A stretch of DNA of 64,000 bases from Bacteroidales bacterium (GTDB taxonomy: Bacteria > Bacteroidota > Bacteroidia > Bacteroidales > VadinHA17). The notes beneath the pieces were generated by a model that was given only the letters and a program-made list of their open reading frames with translations, was not told the origin of the DNA and ran no database searches. The position numbers were made by a program, and so were the translations under genes. Numbering within the stretch: position 1 is the stretch's first letter; every line of letters begins with the position of its first letter. The DNA lies in the NCBI GenBank assembly GCA_034003345.1, contig JAVEYS010000007.1:3593-67592 (forward strand), in the 5' to 3' direction. This document shows positions 8,739 to 18,348 of the stretch, piece by piece.

Positions 8739-10607
8739 ATGACGAAAAAGATCATTTTATCATTTAGTCTCTTAAGTATCTTAGTTATGACCGAAGCCCA
8801 GTCATTCAACACATTTCCCGTGACCACCCAGAAGCCGCCGCTGCATGGCAGGCACTGGATGGCTGTTACCGGTAAGCCCCTCTCTGCCACTGCCGGAGCT
8901 ATGATCTTTGACCGCGGCGGCAACGCCGTTGATGCTGCCTGCGCCATGCTGGCCGCCTCGTGCACCATGTGGGACGTCCTGAGCTGGGGAGGGGAGACTC
9001 AGGCTCTTATCTATAACCCCAACACAAAGAGAGTCATTGCCATCAATGCTCTTGGAGTGGCTCCGACAGGTGCTACGGCAGAGTTCTTTAAGTCGAAAGG
9101 TTATAAGTACCCTCCGGAGTTCGGGCCGCTGGCAGCGGTTACTCCCGGGACGCCAGGGGGACTAATGGTCATGCTGGCAGAATACGGCACCATGAGCCTT
9201 AAGGAGGTTCTTGCTCCGGCCATGCAGATGGCAGAAGGCTATCCCATGGAGGCACAGACGGCTAACTCTATTGAGCGGAATAAGAAACGTATTAAAGAAT
9301 GGCCCTACTCGGCAAAGCTGTTTTTGCCGCATGACGGTGATGAACGCGCTGCTCCTTCTGCCGGAGAGATCTTCGTACAGGCTGATCTGCTTGCCACGCT
9401 GACAAAACTTGTTGATGCCGAACAACAGGCTCTCAGGAAGAAAAAGTCAAGGAAGGAGGCCATCTACGCTGCATACGACCGTTTCTACAAAGGCGATATC
9501 GGAGTTGAATTTGCCAGGGGATGCCAGGAGCAGGGAGGACTCATTACCGCAGACGACCTGGCCCGCTGGCAGGTGAAGATCGAAGAGCCCCTGATGACCG
9601 AATACAGAGGCATTGAGGTATACAAGCTTCAACAATGGACGCAGGGTCCTGTGATGTTACAGACTCTTAACATACTTGAGAATTTCAATCTGCAGGAGAT
9701 GGGTTACAACTCCGTCAACTATATACATACGCTCTATCAGGCGATGAACCTTGCTTATGCTGACAGGGATTTCTATTACGGTGACCCGGCCTTTCCGCCG
9801 GAGGAGCCGATGAAGGGACTGCTGTCTAAGGAGTATGCCCGTGAACGCGCGAAGCTGATCAACCCTGACCGCAATGACCCTGCCGTTCGTCCGGGGGATC
9901 CCTATCCCTTTGAAGGTAAAAGCAATCCATTTGCCACCCTGCTCAATTCATGGCAGGCAGAGGCAGGGAATATTTACCCGGCAGATGACCCGCAGCAATA
10001 TGAAAAGTTCCTGAGAACCTTCCAGTCGGGCACCACCTCCGTTGAGGCTGCCGACGAGGAGGGATGGGTTGTCTCGGTAACACCCAGCGGAGGATGGGTG
10101 CCGGCATGTATCGCAGGCAACACCGGCATCGGTATGAGCCAGCGCATGCAGAGCTTCGTGCTTGACGCAAAGGAGAACCCGTTCAACGTGGTGGAGCCCG
10201 GGAAGAGGCCACGTGTCACCCTGACGCCAACGCTGGCGATGAAAGACGGCAGACCGTTTCTCTCTTTTGCCAAACAGGGAGGCGACGAGCAGGATCAGCT
10301 CCTTATGCAGTTCTTCCTGAATATCGTTGAGTTTGGAATGACAGTCCAGGAGGCCTGCGAAGCTCCGTCGTTCAAGACCCTGCAGATGTATTCAAGCTTC
10401 GGTGATCATGAGAAGGTGACTGGCGGACTGGTCCTGAACAACAGCATGCCCTCATGGGTAAGGAAGGAGCTGGCAACAATGGGATACAGGCTGTCATTCC
10501 AGGAACGGACCTCAGGGCCGGTAAATGCTATTGGGTTTGATCATGTACATGGTACTCTATGGGGAGGGTCAAGTAATTACGGGGAGGATTACGGCATAGG
10601 ATGGTAG
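8739..10607 (+). CDS. ggt: gamma-glutamyltransferase family protein
   Basis: 622 aa with a signal peptide. Autoprocessing/nucleophile region SGTTSVEAADEEGWVVSVTPSGGW and GGT-like flanks. Confidence 0.8.
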   Translation: MTKKIILSFSLLSILVMTEAQSFNTFPVTTQKPPLHGRHWMAVTGKPLSATAGAMIFDRGGNAVDAACAMLAASCTMWDVLSWGGETQALIYNPNTKRVIAINALGVAPTGATAEFFKSKGYKYPPEFGPLAAVTPGTPGGLMVMLAEYGTMSLKEVLAPAMQMAEGYPMEAQTANSIERNKKRIKEWPYSAKLFLPHDGDERAAPSAGEIFVQADLLATLTKLVDAEQQALRKKKSRKEAIYAAYDRFYKGDIGVEFARGCQEQGGLITADDLARWQVKIEEPLMTEYRGIEVYKLQQWTQGPVMLQTLNILENFNLQEMGYNSVNYIHTLYQAMNLAYADRDFYYGDPAFPPEEPMKGLLSKEYARERAKLINPDRNDPAVRPGDPYPFEGKSNPFATLLNSWQAEAGNIYPADDPQQYEKFLRTFQSGTTSVEAADEEGWVVSVTPSGGWVPACIAGNTGIGMSQRMQSFVLDAKENPFNVVEPGKRPRVTLTPTLAMKDGRPFLSFAKQGGDEQDQLLMQFFLNIVEFGMTVQEACEAPSFKTLQMYSSFGDHEKVTGGLVLNNSMPSWVRKELATMGYRLSFQERTSGPVNAIGFDHVHGTLWGGSSNYGEDYGIGW

Positions 10608-10743
10608 ACAGACAGTCTGAAAGCCGACAGTCTGCAATAAGGCAGCGGACTGGGGAGTGAAGACTAAAGACTGTGTACTGAGGATTGTTCCCTCGCTTTT
10701 TCCAACATGATTGTTATCTTTGTGGCTTCGGTCTAATTATCAA

Positions 10744-11613
10744 ATGGCTAAAAACGAAAAAAGGAAAGGTAAATGGCGCGACAAGTTTCGGTTTGCCATT
10801 TTCAATGATACCACATACGAGGAGCTCTGGCGTATCCGCCTGACCAAATCGAATGCCCTGCTTGTGGCAACACTGCTTTTATTGCTGGTAATCGGCCTCA
10901 ATACCTCGCTGATTGCCTTTACCAACCTGAGGGAGTTCATCCCGGGCTATCCTGACGTATCAATGAGACGTGACATCATTATGAATGCACTCTTGCTTGA
11001 CTCCCTTGAACGGGAGCTGGATGTGCGGGACAAATACTTCCGTGATCTCAATGATGTCATCTCCGGAAGACAACCCATAGGCAAAGTGGCGATGCGTGAC
11101 AGCACGCGTGACTACAGCAAGATTGACTTTAAGCACACACCTGAAGATTCTGCCTTCAGAACACGCGTCGAAAAGGAGGAGCAATACAGTCTAAATACAG
11201 GCGCAACGAATACGACCACCGGTCATGGGATCAGTCTGGCCAACATACATTTCTTCCCTCCGGTCAAGGGTATTATCTCAGGTAATTTTAACAGTCGAAT
11301 GCGCCATTACGCCACTGATGTCGTCACTCAGCCCAAGGCAGTGGTTTCATCGACACTCGAGGGCACGGTTGTCATGACCGGCTGGACCATGGAGACGGGC
11401 TTTGTGATAGTTATACAACATGCCAATAACCTTGTCTCAGTCTATAAGCATAATGCCAGACTTCTCAAGGAGATGGGTGACAGGGTATGGGCAGGAGAGG
11501 CTATTGCAATAGTCGGTGATTCCGGTGAGCTATACACCTCGGGCCCTCATCTTCACTTTGAGTTGTGGCATAACGGCGTTCCTTTGGACCCCGCACAATA
11601 TATTTTCTTCTGA
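10744..11613 (+). CDS. M23 family metallopeptidase (membrane-anchored)
   Basis: The ORF track starts at TTG 10711; ATG 10744 (MAKNEKRK...) is preferred. One TM segment. C-terminal HLHFELWHNGVPLDP is the M23 signature. Confidence 0.8.
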   Translation: MAKNEKRKGKWRDKFRFAIFNDTTYEELWRIRLTKSNALLVATLLLLLVIGLNTSLIAFTNLREFIPGYPDVSMRRDIIMNALLLDSLERELDVRDKYFRDLNDVISGRQPIGKVAMRDSTRDYSKIDFKHTPEDSAFRTRVEKEEQYSLNTGATNTTTGHGISLANIHFFPPVKGIISGNFNSRMRHYATDVVTQPKAVVSSTLEGTVVMTGWTMETGFVIVIQHANNLVSVYKHNARLLKEMGDRVWAGEAIAIVGDSGELYTSGPHLHFELWHNGVPLDPAQYIFF

Positions 11614-11627
11614 CAGGAGGAGGGCAG

Positions 11628-12794
11628 ATGCATAAACGACTGGCAATTCTCGGCTCTACCGGATCGATAGGCACTCAGACCCTCGGTATCATATCACGCT
11701 ATCCGGAGCTTTTTACTGTCAGTGCTCTCACTGCCGGCAGCAATGTCGGGTTACTTATCGAACAGGCGAGACTCTACCGTCCTGAACGTGTGGTCATTGG
11801 CAACGAAGCTTTCTATGGTGCTGTCAGAGATGGCCTTGCAGATCTTGATATAGAGGTTATGGCCGGTCAGAAAGCTATTGAAGAGGTCGCCTCATCAGAT
11901 GGTGCCGATACTGTTGTTGCAGCCATGGTTGGCTTCGCCGGCCTTCGTCCTACCGCTGCCGCGGTGGCGGCGGGCAAGGTGGTGGCCCTGGCAAATAAAG
12001 AGACACTGGTAGTGGCAGGTGAGCTGATAGTAAACACCGCCACCATAACAGGCAGCCGGCTGCTTCCGGTAGATTCCGAACATTCAGCCATAATGCAGTG
12101 CATTATCGGCGAACAGCAGAACTCAGTTGAAAGAATAATATTGACCGCATCAGGTGGTCCATTCCGCAATACCGGTGCTGATAGGCTGGCAAAGGTCTCC
12201 CCTCTGGAGGCTCTGAGACATCCTAACTGGAGCATGGGGAGCAAGATAACCGTCGACTCAGCTACCCTGATGAACAAGGGGCTGGAGGTGATAGAGGCTC
12301 ACTGGCTCTTTGGTATAGAAGCTGAAAAAATAGATGTCATCGTTCATCCCCAGTCAATCATTCACTCATTGGTCCAGTTCACCGACGGCTCGTTGAAAGC
12401 GCAGCTCGGTGTGCCTGACATGCGACTGCCAATAATTTACGCGCTGACATTCCCCGAGAGAGTGGTGACTGAACTGCCGCGTCCATCACTTGCCGAGATC
12501 GGCTCTCTGACCTTTGAGGCACCTGACACTATTCGTTTCCGTTGCCTGCCGCTTGCGCGAATGGCCATAAAAAGCGGAGGTAACATGCCATGCGCCCTTA
12601 ATGCCGCCAACGAAGTTGCAGTAGCAGCATTCCTTCAGGAAAAGATAGGATTCAATGATATCGCCGCAACAGTGGAGCATACAATGGAATATACAACAAT
12701 AAACAATGAACCCTCAATGGACGTTTACGAAGAGACCGACCTCAAGAGCAGAGGGATCGCCATGGAGTACATTAATAAACTAAGGAAAAAATGA
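11628..12794 (+). CDS. dxr: 1-deoxy-D-xylulose-5-phosphate reductoisomerase
   Basis: 388 aa. N-terminal LAILGSTGSIGTQTL NADPH motif, LPVDSEHSA, NKGLEVIEAH. Confidence 0.95.
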   Translation: MHKRLAILGSTGSIGTQTLGIISRYPELFTVSALTAGSNVGLLIEQARLYRPERVVIGNEAFYGAVRDGLADLDIEVMAGQKAIEEVASSDGADTVVAAMVGFAGLRPTAAAVAAGKVVALANKETLVVAGELIVNTATITGSRLLPVDSEHSAIMQCIIGEQQNSVERIILTASGGPFRNTGADRLAKVSPLEALRHPNWSMGSKITVDSATLMNKGLEVIEAHWLFGIEAEKIDVIVHPQSIIHSLVQFTDGSLKAQLGVPDMRLPIIYALTFPERVVTELPRPSLAEIGSLTFEAPDTIRFRCLPLARMAIKSGGNMPCALNAANEVAVAAFLQEKIGFNDIAATVEHTMEYTTINNEPSMDVYEETDLKSRGIAMEYINKLRKK

Positions 12795-14116
12795 CCGTTC
12801 TCATAAAGATAATTCAGCTCCTGCTGTCACTGTCAATACTGGTGATTGTACATGAGTTTGGACACTTTCTGTTTGCCCGTATATTCAAGACAAGGGTTGA
12901 AAAATTCTACCTCTTCTTTGACTGGCCGTTTGCAATTTTCAAACACAAGTGGGGTGAGACAGAATATGGAATAGGGATGATCCCTCTGGGGGGTTACGTC
13001 AAGATTTCAGGCATGATAGATGAATCAATGGACCGCGAACAGATGAAACAGCCGCCTCAGCCATATGAATTCAGATCAAAGAAAGCCTGGCAACGGCTGA
13101 TGATAATGCTGGGAGGAGTCTTCTTCAACTTCATCTTTGCATTGCTTATATATGTGGGTGTGCTGAGCTTATGGGGTGAGACCTATCTTGCTGCAAAGAA
13201 CGTTAAGTACGGAATCCTTACCGACTCAACAGGATATGCAATGGGTCTGCGTAACGGAGACAAGATACTTTTCGTGGATGAGAAGCCGGTAGACAATTTT
13301 TATGCTATCATACCTGACATACTTCTGAATGAGAGGAAGGTGATAACCGTTGACCGTGACGGAGCCATTGCTGACATACCTGTTAAACGGGAGTTCATAC
13401 CGTTGCTGCTAAAAAATCCGAACGTTATTGATGCAAGGATACCTTTCGGACCCTTCGTCATATCTGAGCTCGCCGATGACTCTCCTGCCATAGATGCCGG
13501 CCTGGCCGTTGGTGACGAGATAGTTGCGATTGACAGCGTTCCTTTCATGTGGTATGATGAGTTCCAGGTATACCTGGCCTCCCATAAGGGTGAACAAATG
13601 ACTGTAACTATACGCAGAGATAAAGACCTGATCGATTTCTCCGTTACTACTACCCAGGCCGGAATCCTGGGAGTCTACCGGGAAGCGGGCAACATCCTCG
13701 AGCTGAGCACTAAGCGTTACAGCTTCATCCAGGCTATCCCGGCAGGGGTGTCAAAGGGATGGAAGACGACGGGCGATTATCTCAAACAGTTCAGGCTGAT
13801 CTTCTCCAAAGATACCAAGGCTTACGAATCACTTGGAGGATTCATAACAATAGGAAGCATATTCCCCGGAAAATGGAACTGGCAGGCGTTCTGGAACTTA
13901 ACAGCCTTTTTATCGCTCATACTGGCAGTGATGAATATTCTTCCCATTCCGGCCCTTGACGGGGGGCATGTGATGTTCCTGATCTTTGAGGTCATTACCG
14001 GCAGGAAACCGAGTGACAAATTCCTTGAGTACGCGCAGATAGCAGGAATGATTATACTGCTTGCGCTGCTTATCTTCGCCAACGGGAATGATATACTCAA
14101 ACTCATCAGGAAATGA
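12791..14116 (+). CDS. rseP: RIP metalloprotease RseP (site-2 protease)
   Basis: 441 aa. HEFGHF zinc motif in TM1, central PDZ region, C-terminal NILPIPALDGG. 4-nt overlap with dxr. Confidence 0.9.
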   Translation: MTVLIKIIQLLLSLSILVIVHEFGHFLFARIFKTRVEKFYLFFDWPFAIFKHKWGETEYGIGMIPLGGYVKISGMIDESMDREQMKQPPQPYEFRSKKAWQRLMIMLGGVFFNFIFALLIYVGVLSLWGETYLAAKNVKYGILTDSTGYAMGLRNGDKILFVDEKPVDNFYAIIPDILLNERKVITVDRDGAIADIPVKREFIPLLLKNPNVIDARIPFGPFVISELADDSPAIDAGLAVGDEIVAIDSVPFMWYDEFQVYLASHKGEQMTVTIRRDKDLIDFSVTTTQAGILGVYREAGNILELSTKRYSFIQAIPAGVSKGWKTTGDYLKQFRLIFSKDTKAYESLGGFITIGSIFPGKWNWQAFWNLTAFLSLILAVMNILPIPALDGGHVMFLIFEVITGRKPSDKFLEYAQIAGMIILLALLIFANGNDILKLIRK

Positions 14117-14154
14117 TTCTTTAACTGTGAAAGGTACCTGTTGCGAAAGAATTT

Positions 14155-14162
14155 ATACATTT
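14155..14162 (+). promoter_or_regulatory. Bacteroidota -7 promoter box (TAnnTTTG) for tatA
   Basis: TACATTTG lies 23 nt upstream of the tatA ATG. Confidence 0.45.
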
Positions 14163-14184
14163 GTATAAACAAATAATTTGAGAA

Positions 14185-14361
14185 ATGGGAAAGATCGGAC
14201 CTCTTGAAATCATCCTGATTCTGGTAGTAGTGGTTTTACTATTCGGCGGGCGTAAGATACCTGAATTGATGAAGGGTATTGGACAGGGACTTAAGGAGTT
14301 TAAGAAAGCCAAGGACACTGACGATAATGATTCTGACAAGGGTGTCAAAAAAGATAGCTAG
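14185..14361 (+). CDS. tatA: twin-arginine translocase subunit TatA/E
   Basis: 58-aa ORF absent from the track (<60 aa): [58 protein letters not shown]. It has the canonical TatA TM helix, FGG/KIPEL hinge and amphipathic helix. Confidence 0.9.
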   Translation: MGKIGPLEIILILVVVVLLFGGRKIPELMKGIGQGLKEFKKAKDTDDNDSDKGVKKDS

Positions 14362-14383
14362 AATGAAATTATCTTAAGCATAA

Positions 14384-14409
14384 GCCTGCATGTGAGTGCA
14401 GGTTTTTTA
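14384..14409 (+). terminator. rho-independent terminator after tatA
   Basis: CCTGCA (14385-14390) pairs with TGCAGG (14397-14402), followed by T6. Confidence 0.7.
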
Positions 14410-14427
14410 TTTCAAACCGCAGTGACC

Positions 14428-15411
14428 ATGAGAAAAGATGCATTGTTTTTTATTCTTTTATTGATCGTGACAGCTTCATGTGGGGACTCTTCGCTGAATA
14501 GAACTCTTCCCAATGTGACCGGTACTGCCGGGGAAGTGATTGTTGTTATGGATAAGAAAATGTGGAACGATAGTCCCGGCAAGGCCATCAGGGAGCAACT
14601 TGGTGCGGTGCTCATTGGATTGCCACAGCCTGAACCGGCCTTCAAACTCATGCCTGTCAATACTGCGGGATTCCGTGACATATATGTTGCTCACAGGAAT
14701 ATTATTTTAGTGAAGGAGGATAATCATGCAGCTGACACCGGTGTGACCTTCAGGCGTGACAGGTGGGCGGAGACACAACTTGTTGTCACCATCACAGCAC
14801 CTGATACGGCATCGCTCGCAGCAACAATACGTGAGAACGGCGAAGCTATCAGGCGTTCTTTCAATGATGTGGAACGTGAGAGGCTAACCACATGGCTGAC
14901 CCGGTCGGCCGGTAAAGAGAGGAGTGTTGTCACTGTGGGAGATATGAGTTGGGAGATGATTCTGCCGGCAGGATATAAATCTGATTTAAATCGTGAAGGG
15001 ATAATGATGATCTCTGCAGAGACCCCTTCAACCACACAGTCGGTGATGGTCTCAGTTACTGAGCGCAGCACCTCACGCATAGGATGCATAGAGCTCGCCG
15101 ACCTGGCACAGAAAGTTATGTCTGCAGAGGTAAAGGGCCCTGACGGCGGATCATTCATGGTTATCGAACAGCAGATACCTGTGAGCTGCCGCTCGTTCCG
15201 CCGCAACGACACCGAATACATAGAGATGAGGGGGTTATGGACCCTGGAGGGTGGCTTCATGGGCGGACCATTCATATCATATGCCTTTATTGACAAGGAG
15301 ACCTCGAAGGCAGTGGTGGTGACAGGCTTCGTTTATGCTCCCAGGGAGGAGAAAAGAGAACTGCTCCGCCAGGTTGAAGCCCTCATGTACACAGTCAGAA
15401 AGACTCCCTGA
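14428..15411 (+). CDS. hypothetical lipoprotein (DUF4837-like)
   Basis: The ORF-track start at 14392 overlaps the tatA terminator. ATG 14428 gives MRKDALFFILLLIVTASCG, a lipoprotein signal. Confidence 0.55.
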   Translation: MRKDALFFILLLIVTASCGDSSLNRTLPNVTGTAGEVIVVMDKKMWNDSPGKAIREQLGAVLIGLPQPEPAFKLMPVNTAGFRDIYVAHRNIILVKEDNHAADTGVTFRRDRWAETQLVVTITAPDTASLAATIRENGEAIRRSFNDVERERLTTWLTRSAGKERSVVTVGDMSWEMILPAGYKSDLNREGIMMISAETPSTTQSVMVSVTERSTSRIGCIELADLAQKVMSAEVKGPDGGSFMVIEQQIPVSCRSFRRNDTEYIEMRGLWTLEGGFMGGPFISYAFIDKETSKAVVVTGFVYAPREEKRELLRQVEALMYTVRKTP

Positions 15412-15415
15412 GACA

Positions 15416-16522
15416 TTATTTTCCGGTCGCCTCTTCATGAGGCATGTAACGCTGGTCTCTCCTGACGGGGATGAATCCCGCATCACAGATGATCTGTTGA
15501 ATAGTATCGGGTGTGACACGGAAAGGGTCACCGGCAGCGCTTACAACATTCTCTTCTATCATAACAGATCCCAAATCATTCGCTCCTCCGTGCAGAGAGA
15601 TCATTGCTGTCTCACTGCCCACAGTCAGTATAGAGGTTTGCAGGTTGGGTATATTATCAAGAACCAGCCTGCTGATGGCAATCATCTTCAGATATTCATG
15701 GGCGGTGACGGTACTGTGTATGCCGTCCTTCTCTGCCAGTACCGTGCCACGGTCCATGAAAGGCCACGGGATAAAGGTTATGAACCCGTCATGTCCTTCA
15801 GGCTTCTCATCCTGCAGATCACGTAACAGAACAAGATGGTTGATCCTTTCAGCTATCGTCTCTGCATGGCCGAACATCATTGTGGCGGATGTGGGGAGGT
15901 TGAGCCTGTGCGCTTCACGCATGACACCCAGCCATTCGGCTGTTGTGGCCTTGGCAGGAGAGACAATCATCCTTACCCTGTCAGAGAGTATCTCAGCCCC
16001 GGCGCCGGGGAGAGAGTCAAGACCAGCATCGCGTAGTGAGACAAGCACATCACGATAGCTCATCCTCTCCTTACGTGCGAGAAACACAATCTCTGGCGGC
16101 CCCAGGGCATGAAGCTTCACATCGGGCCAGCGATGTTTCAGTCCCCGGAAGAGAGAGAGATAAAAATTAAGTCCCAGGGCAGGATTCATGCCCCCCTGTA
16201 AAAGAAGCTGATCGCCTCCCTGAGCTCTCATCTCTCTTATCTTACTGTCATATTCAGCCTCAGTAGTCACATACGCCTCCTCACTTAGTGAAGTGCGGCA
16301 GAAATTGCAGAACCGGCAATGAGAGAAGCATATATTCGTGATGTTCACATTCCTGTCGATCATCCATCCGACCCTGTTGCCTGGATGAAGTCTCCTCCGG
16401 ACGGTATCAGCAAGATACATCAGTACGGCCAGCGGAGCCTCTTCCATTAGGTTTAGGGCTTCACCTGCAGTTATCCGGTCTCCCTTGCATATCCTCTCGT
16501 ACAAATGTTCTCTGGCACCCAT
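15416..16522 (-). CDS. radical SAM enzyme of the MqnC/MqnE/CofH family (futalosine-type menaquinone synthesis)
   Basis: CFSHCRFCNFC contains the CxxxCxxC cluster, and the fold is TIM-barrel-like. The GTG 16609 extension was trimmed to ATG 16522 (MGAREHLYERICKGDRITAGEAL...). Confidence 0.7.
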   Translation of the reverse strand: MGAREHLYERICKGDRITAGEALNLMEEAPLAVLMYLADTVRRRLHPGNRVGWMIDRNVNITNICFSHCRFCNFCRTSLSEEAYVTTEAEYDSKIREMRAQGGDQLLLQGGMNPALGLNFYLSLFRGLKHRWPDVKLHALGPPEIVFLARKERMSYRDVLVSLRDAGLDSLPGAGAEILSDRVRMIVSPAKATTAEWLGVMREAHRLNLPTSATMMFGHAETIAERINHLVLLRDLQDEKPEGHDGFITFIPWPFMDRGTVLAEKDGIHSTVTAHEYLKMIAISRLVLDNIPNLQTSILTVGSETAMISLHGGANDLGSVMIEENVVSAAGDPFRVTPDTIQQIICDAGFIPVRRDQRYMPHEEATGK

Positions 16523-16650
16523 CCTGTGACCTCCTGCGTGTTGTCGCCGGAGAGTCCAAAGGTAATACTTTAAAGCTAAATCATTCAATAATTTGATTAA
16601 CTTTACCACCCTGAACAGCCTAATAGCTGTTTTTTAAGACAGGAATCAGC

Positions 16651-17757
16651 ATGGACAAAAAGACTATAATTGCAGGTATCACACAGGGCGATATTAATGG
16701 TGTTGGCTATGAGATCATCATGAAAGCTCTGACTGACTCATCCATTACCGATCTGTGTGTCCCCGTGATCTATGGCTCGCCGAAGGTGGCGGCCTATCAT
16801 CGTAAGGTTCTAAATATTGCCAATTTCAATTTTAATAATATCAGGTCGGTTGCAGAGGCTCATACGAAGAAGGTGAACCTGGTTAACTGTCTGGGTGACG
16901 AGGTACGTGTAGAGCTGGGTAAATCGACGCCGGAGGGAGGTCAAGCCGCCTTTGCTGCTCTTGAGTGCGCCGTCTCCGACCTTATCGAAGGGAAGATTGA
17001 TGTACTGGTTACCGCGCCTATTAACAAGCATAATATCCAGTCTGAGAACTTCAGGTTCACCGGTCATACTGACTATCTCATGTCTAGGACCGGCTCTTCG
17101 GAGGTGCTGATGCTTATGATCAGTGAGAGTATGAAGATAGGATTTGCCACTGAGCATCTCGCTCTCCGGGATGTTCCCGGCGCCATCACCGTAGAGCATC
17201 TGCTGGCCAAGCTGAGGTTGCTGAATCGGTCATTGTTGCAGGACTTTGCCATTCGCGGTCCCCGTATAGGGGTCCTGAGCCTTAACCCGCATGCTGGTGA
17301 CGGCGGCCTGCTGGGCATGGAGGAGCAGGATATCATCATCCCTGCCATCTCCAAAGCCAACGAGGAGGGCATTCTTGCTTTCGGACCATACTCCTCCGAC
17401 GGCTTCTTCGGATCAGGTGCCTTCAGCCGCTTTGATGCCGTGCTTGCGATGTATCATGACCAGGGTATGGGAGCCTTCAAAGCCCTGGCCTTCGACACAG
17501 GTGTCAACTTTACCGCCGGGCTGCCGGTGATACGTACTTCACCGGCACACGGCACTGCTTTCGATATTACAGGAAAAAATGAGGCTTCCGCCAACTCTAT
17601 GCTCCAGGCAATATATGCTGCCTGTGATATATACCGCAACAGGGAGATGAATGATGAGCTGCTTCGCAATCCGCTGCAACAACAGAAGATCGAGATCCAT
17701 CCCGATCATATTGATGAACTGCCTCCCGAACCCGAGAACGAGGATTCTGCAATATGA
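16651..17757 (+). CDS. pdxA: 4-hydroxythreonine-4-phosphate dehydrogenase
   Basis: 368 aa. ITQGDINGVGYEI, FTGHTDYL, HGTAFDI motifs. Confidence 0.9.
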   Translation: MDKKTIIAGITQGDINGVGYEIIMKALTDSSITDLCVPVIYGSPKVAAYHRKVLNIANFNFNNIRSVAEAHTKKVNLVNCLGDEVRVELGKSTPEGGQAAFAALECAVSDLIEGKIDVLVTAPINKHNIQSENFRFTGHTDYLMSRTGSSEVLMLMISESMKIGFATEHLALRDVPGAITVEHLLAKLRLLNRSLLQDFAIRGPRIGVLSLNPHAGDGGLLGMEEQDIIIPAISKANEEGILAFGPYSSDGFFGSGAFSRFDAVLAMYHDQGMGAFKALAFDTGVNFTAGLPVIRTSPAHGTAFDITGKNEASANSMLQAIYAACDIYRNREMNDELLRNPLQQQKIEIHPDHIDELPPEPENEDSAI

Positions 17758-18335
17758 TCGACTATATCAAAGGTACTGTTACAGAGCTTAACCCTGCATT
17801 CGTTGTGGTTGAGTGTAATGGCATAGGCTACAATATAAACATATCACTGAACACCTACTCGACACTTGACAAGAGTGTCACCTGCAAGATTCTTATTCAC
17901 GAAGCCATACGTGAGGATGCTCATCTGCTTTTTGGTTTTTCTTCTGATGATGAGCGTGATCTCTTCAGACAACTTATATCCGTCTCCGGTGTTGGTGCCG
18001 GTACTGCCCGGATGATGCTTTCTTCAATCAGACCTCCGGAGCTTCGTGAGGCAATTATCAGTGGTGATGTGGGCATTCTTAAGGCTGTCAAGGGAATAGG
18101 ACTGAAAACGGCCCAGAGGATCATTGTAGACCTTAAAGATAAAATAGGAAAACATGCCGGTTCAGGCGAAATAATTGCATTTTCCGACAATACCGCGCGC
18201 GAAGAATCGTTATCTGCTTTAGTGATGCTTGGATTTGCCAGGAACAGCGCTGCGAAGGTTATTGATAACCTCCTTCGGGAGAATAAAACACTCCAGGTGG
18301 AGGAGATAGTCAGGAGGGCGCTGAAACTGTTATAA
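17754..18335 (+). CDS. ruvA: Holliday junction branch migration complex subunit RuvA
   Basis: 193 aa. MIDYIKG...GIGY start, HhH motifs (VSGVGAGTARMML, GIGLKTAQRII). 4-nt overlap with pdxA. Confidence 0.9.
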   Translation: MIDYIKGTVTELNPAFVVVECNGIGYNINISLNTYSTLDKSVTCKILIHEAIREDAHLLFGFSSDDERDLFRQLISVSGVGAGTARMMLSSIRPPELREAIISGDVGILKAVKGIGLKTAQRIIVDLKDKIGKHAGSGEIIAFSDNTAREESLSALVMLGFARNSAAKVIDNLLRENKTLQVEEIVRRALKLL

Positions 18336-18348
18336 ACAGGGTGCCGGA

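Noticed and set aside
10608-10660. Direct repeats GACAGTCTG x2 and palindrome CAGACAGTCTG just after ggt, considered as a terminator.
   Set aside because: The repeats are direct rather than inverted. The best stem is 4-5 bp with a 1-nt centre and no U-tract, so no function could be supported.
14121-14348. 75-aa minus-strand ORF from the track.
   Set aside because: It is antisense to a textbook TatA ORF (14185-14361), which has its own promoter box and terminator. The minus-strand product has no recognisable features.
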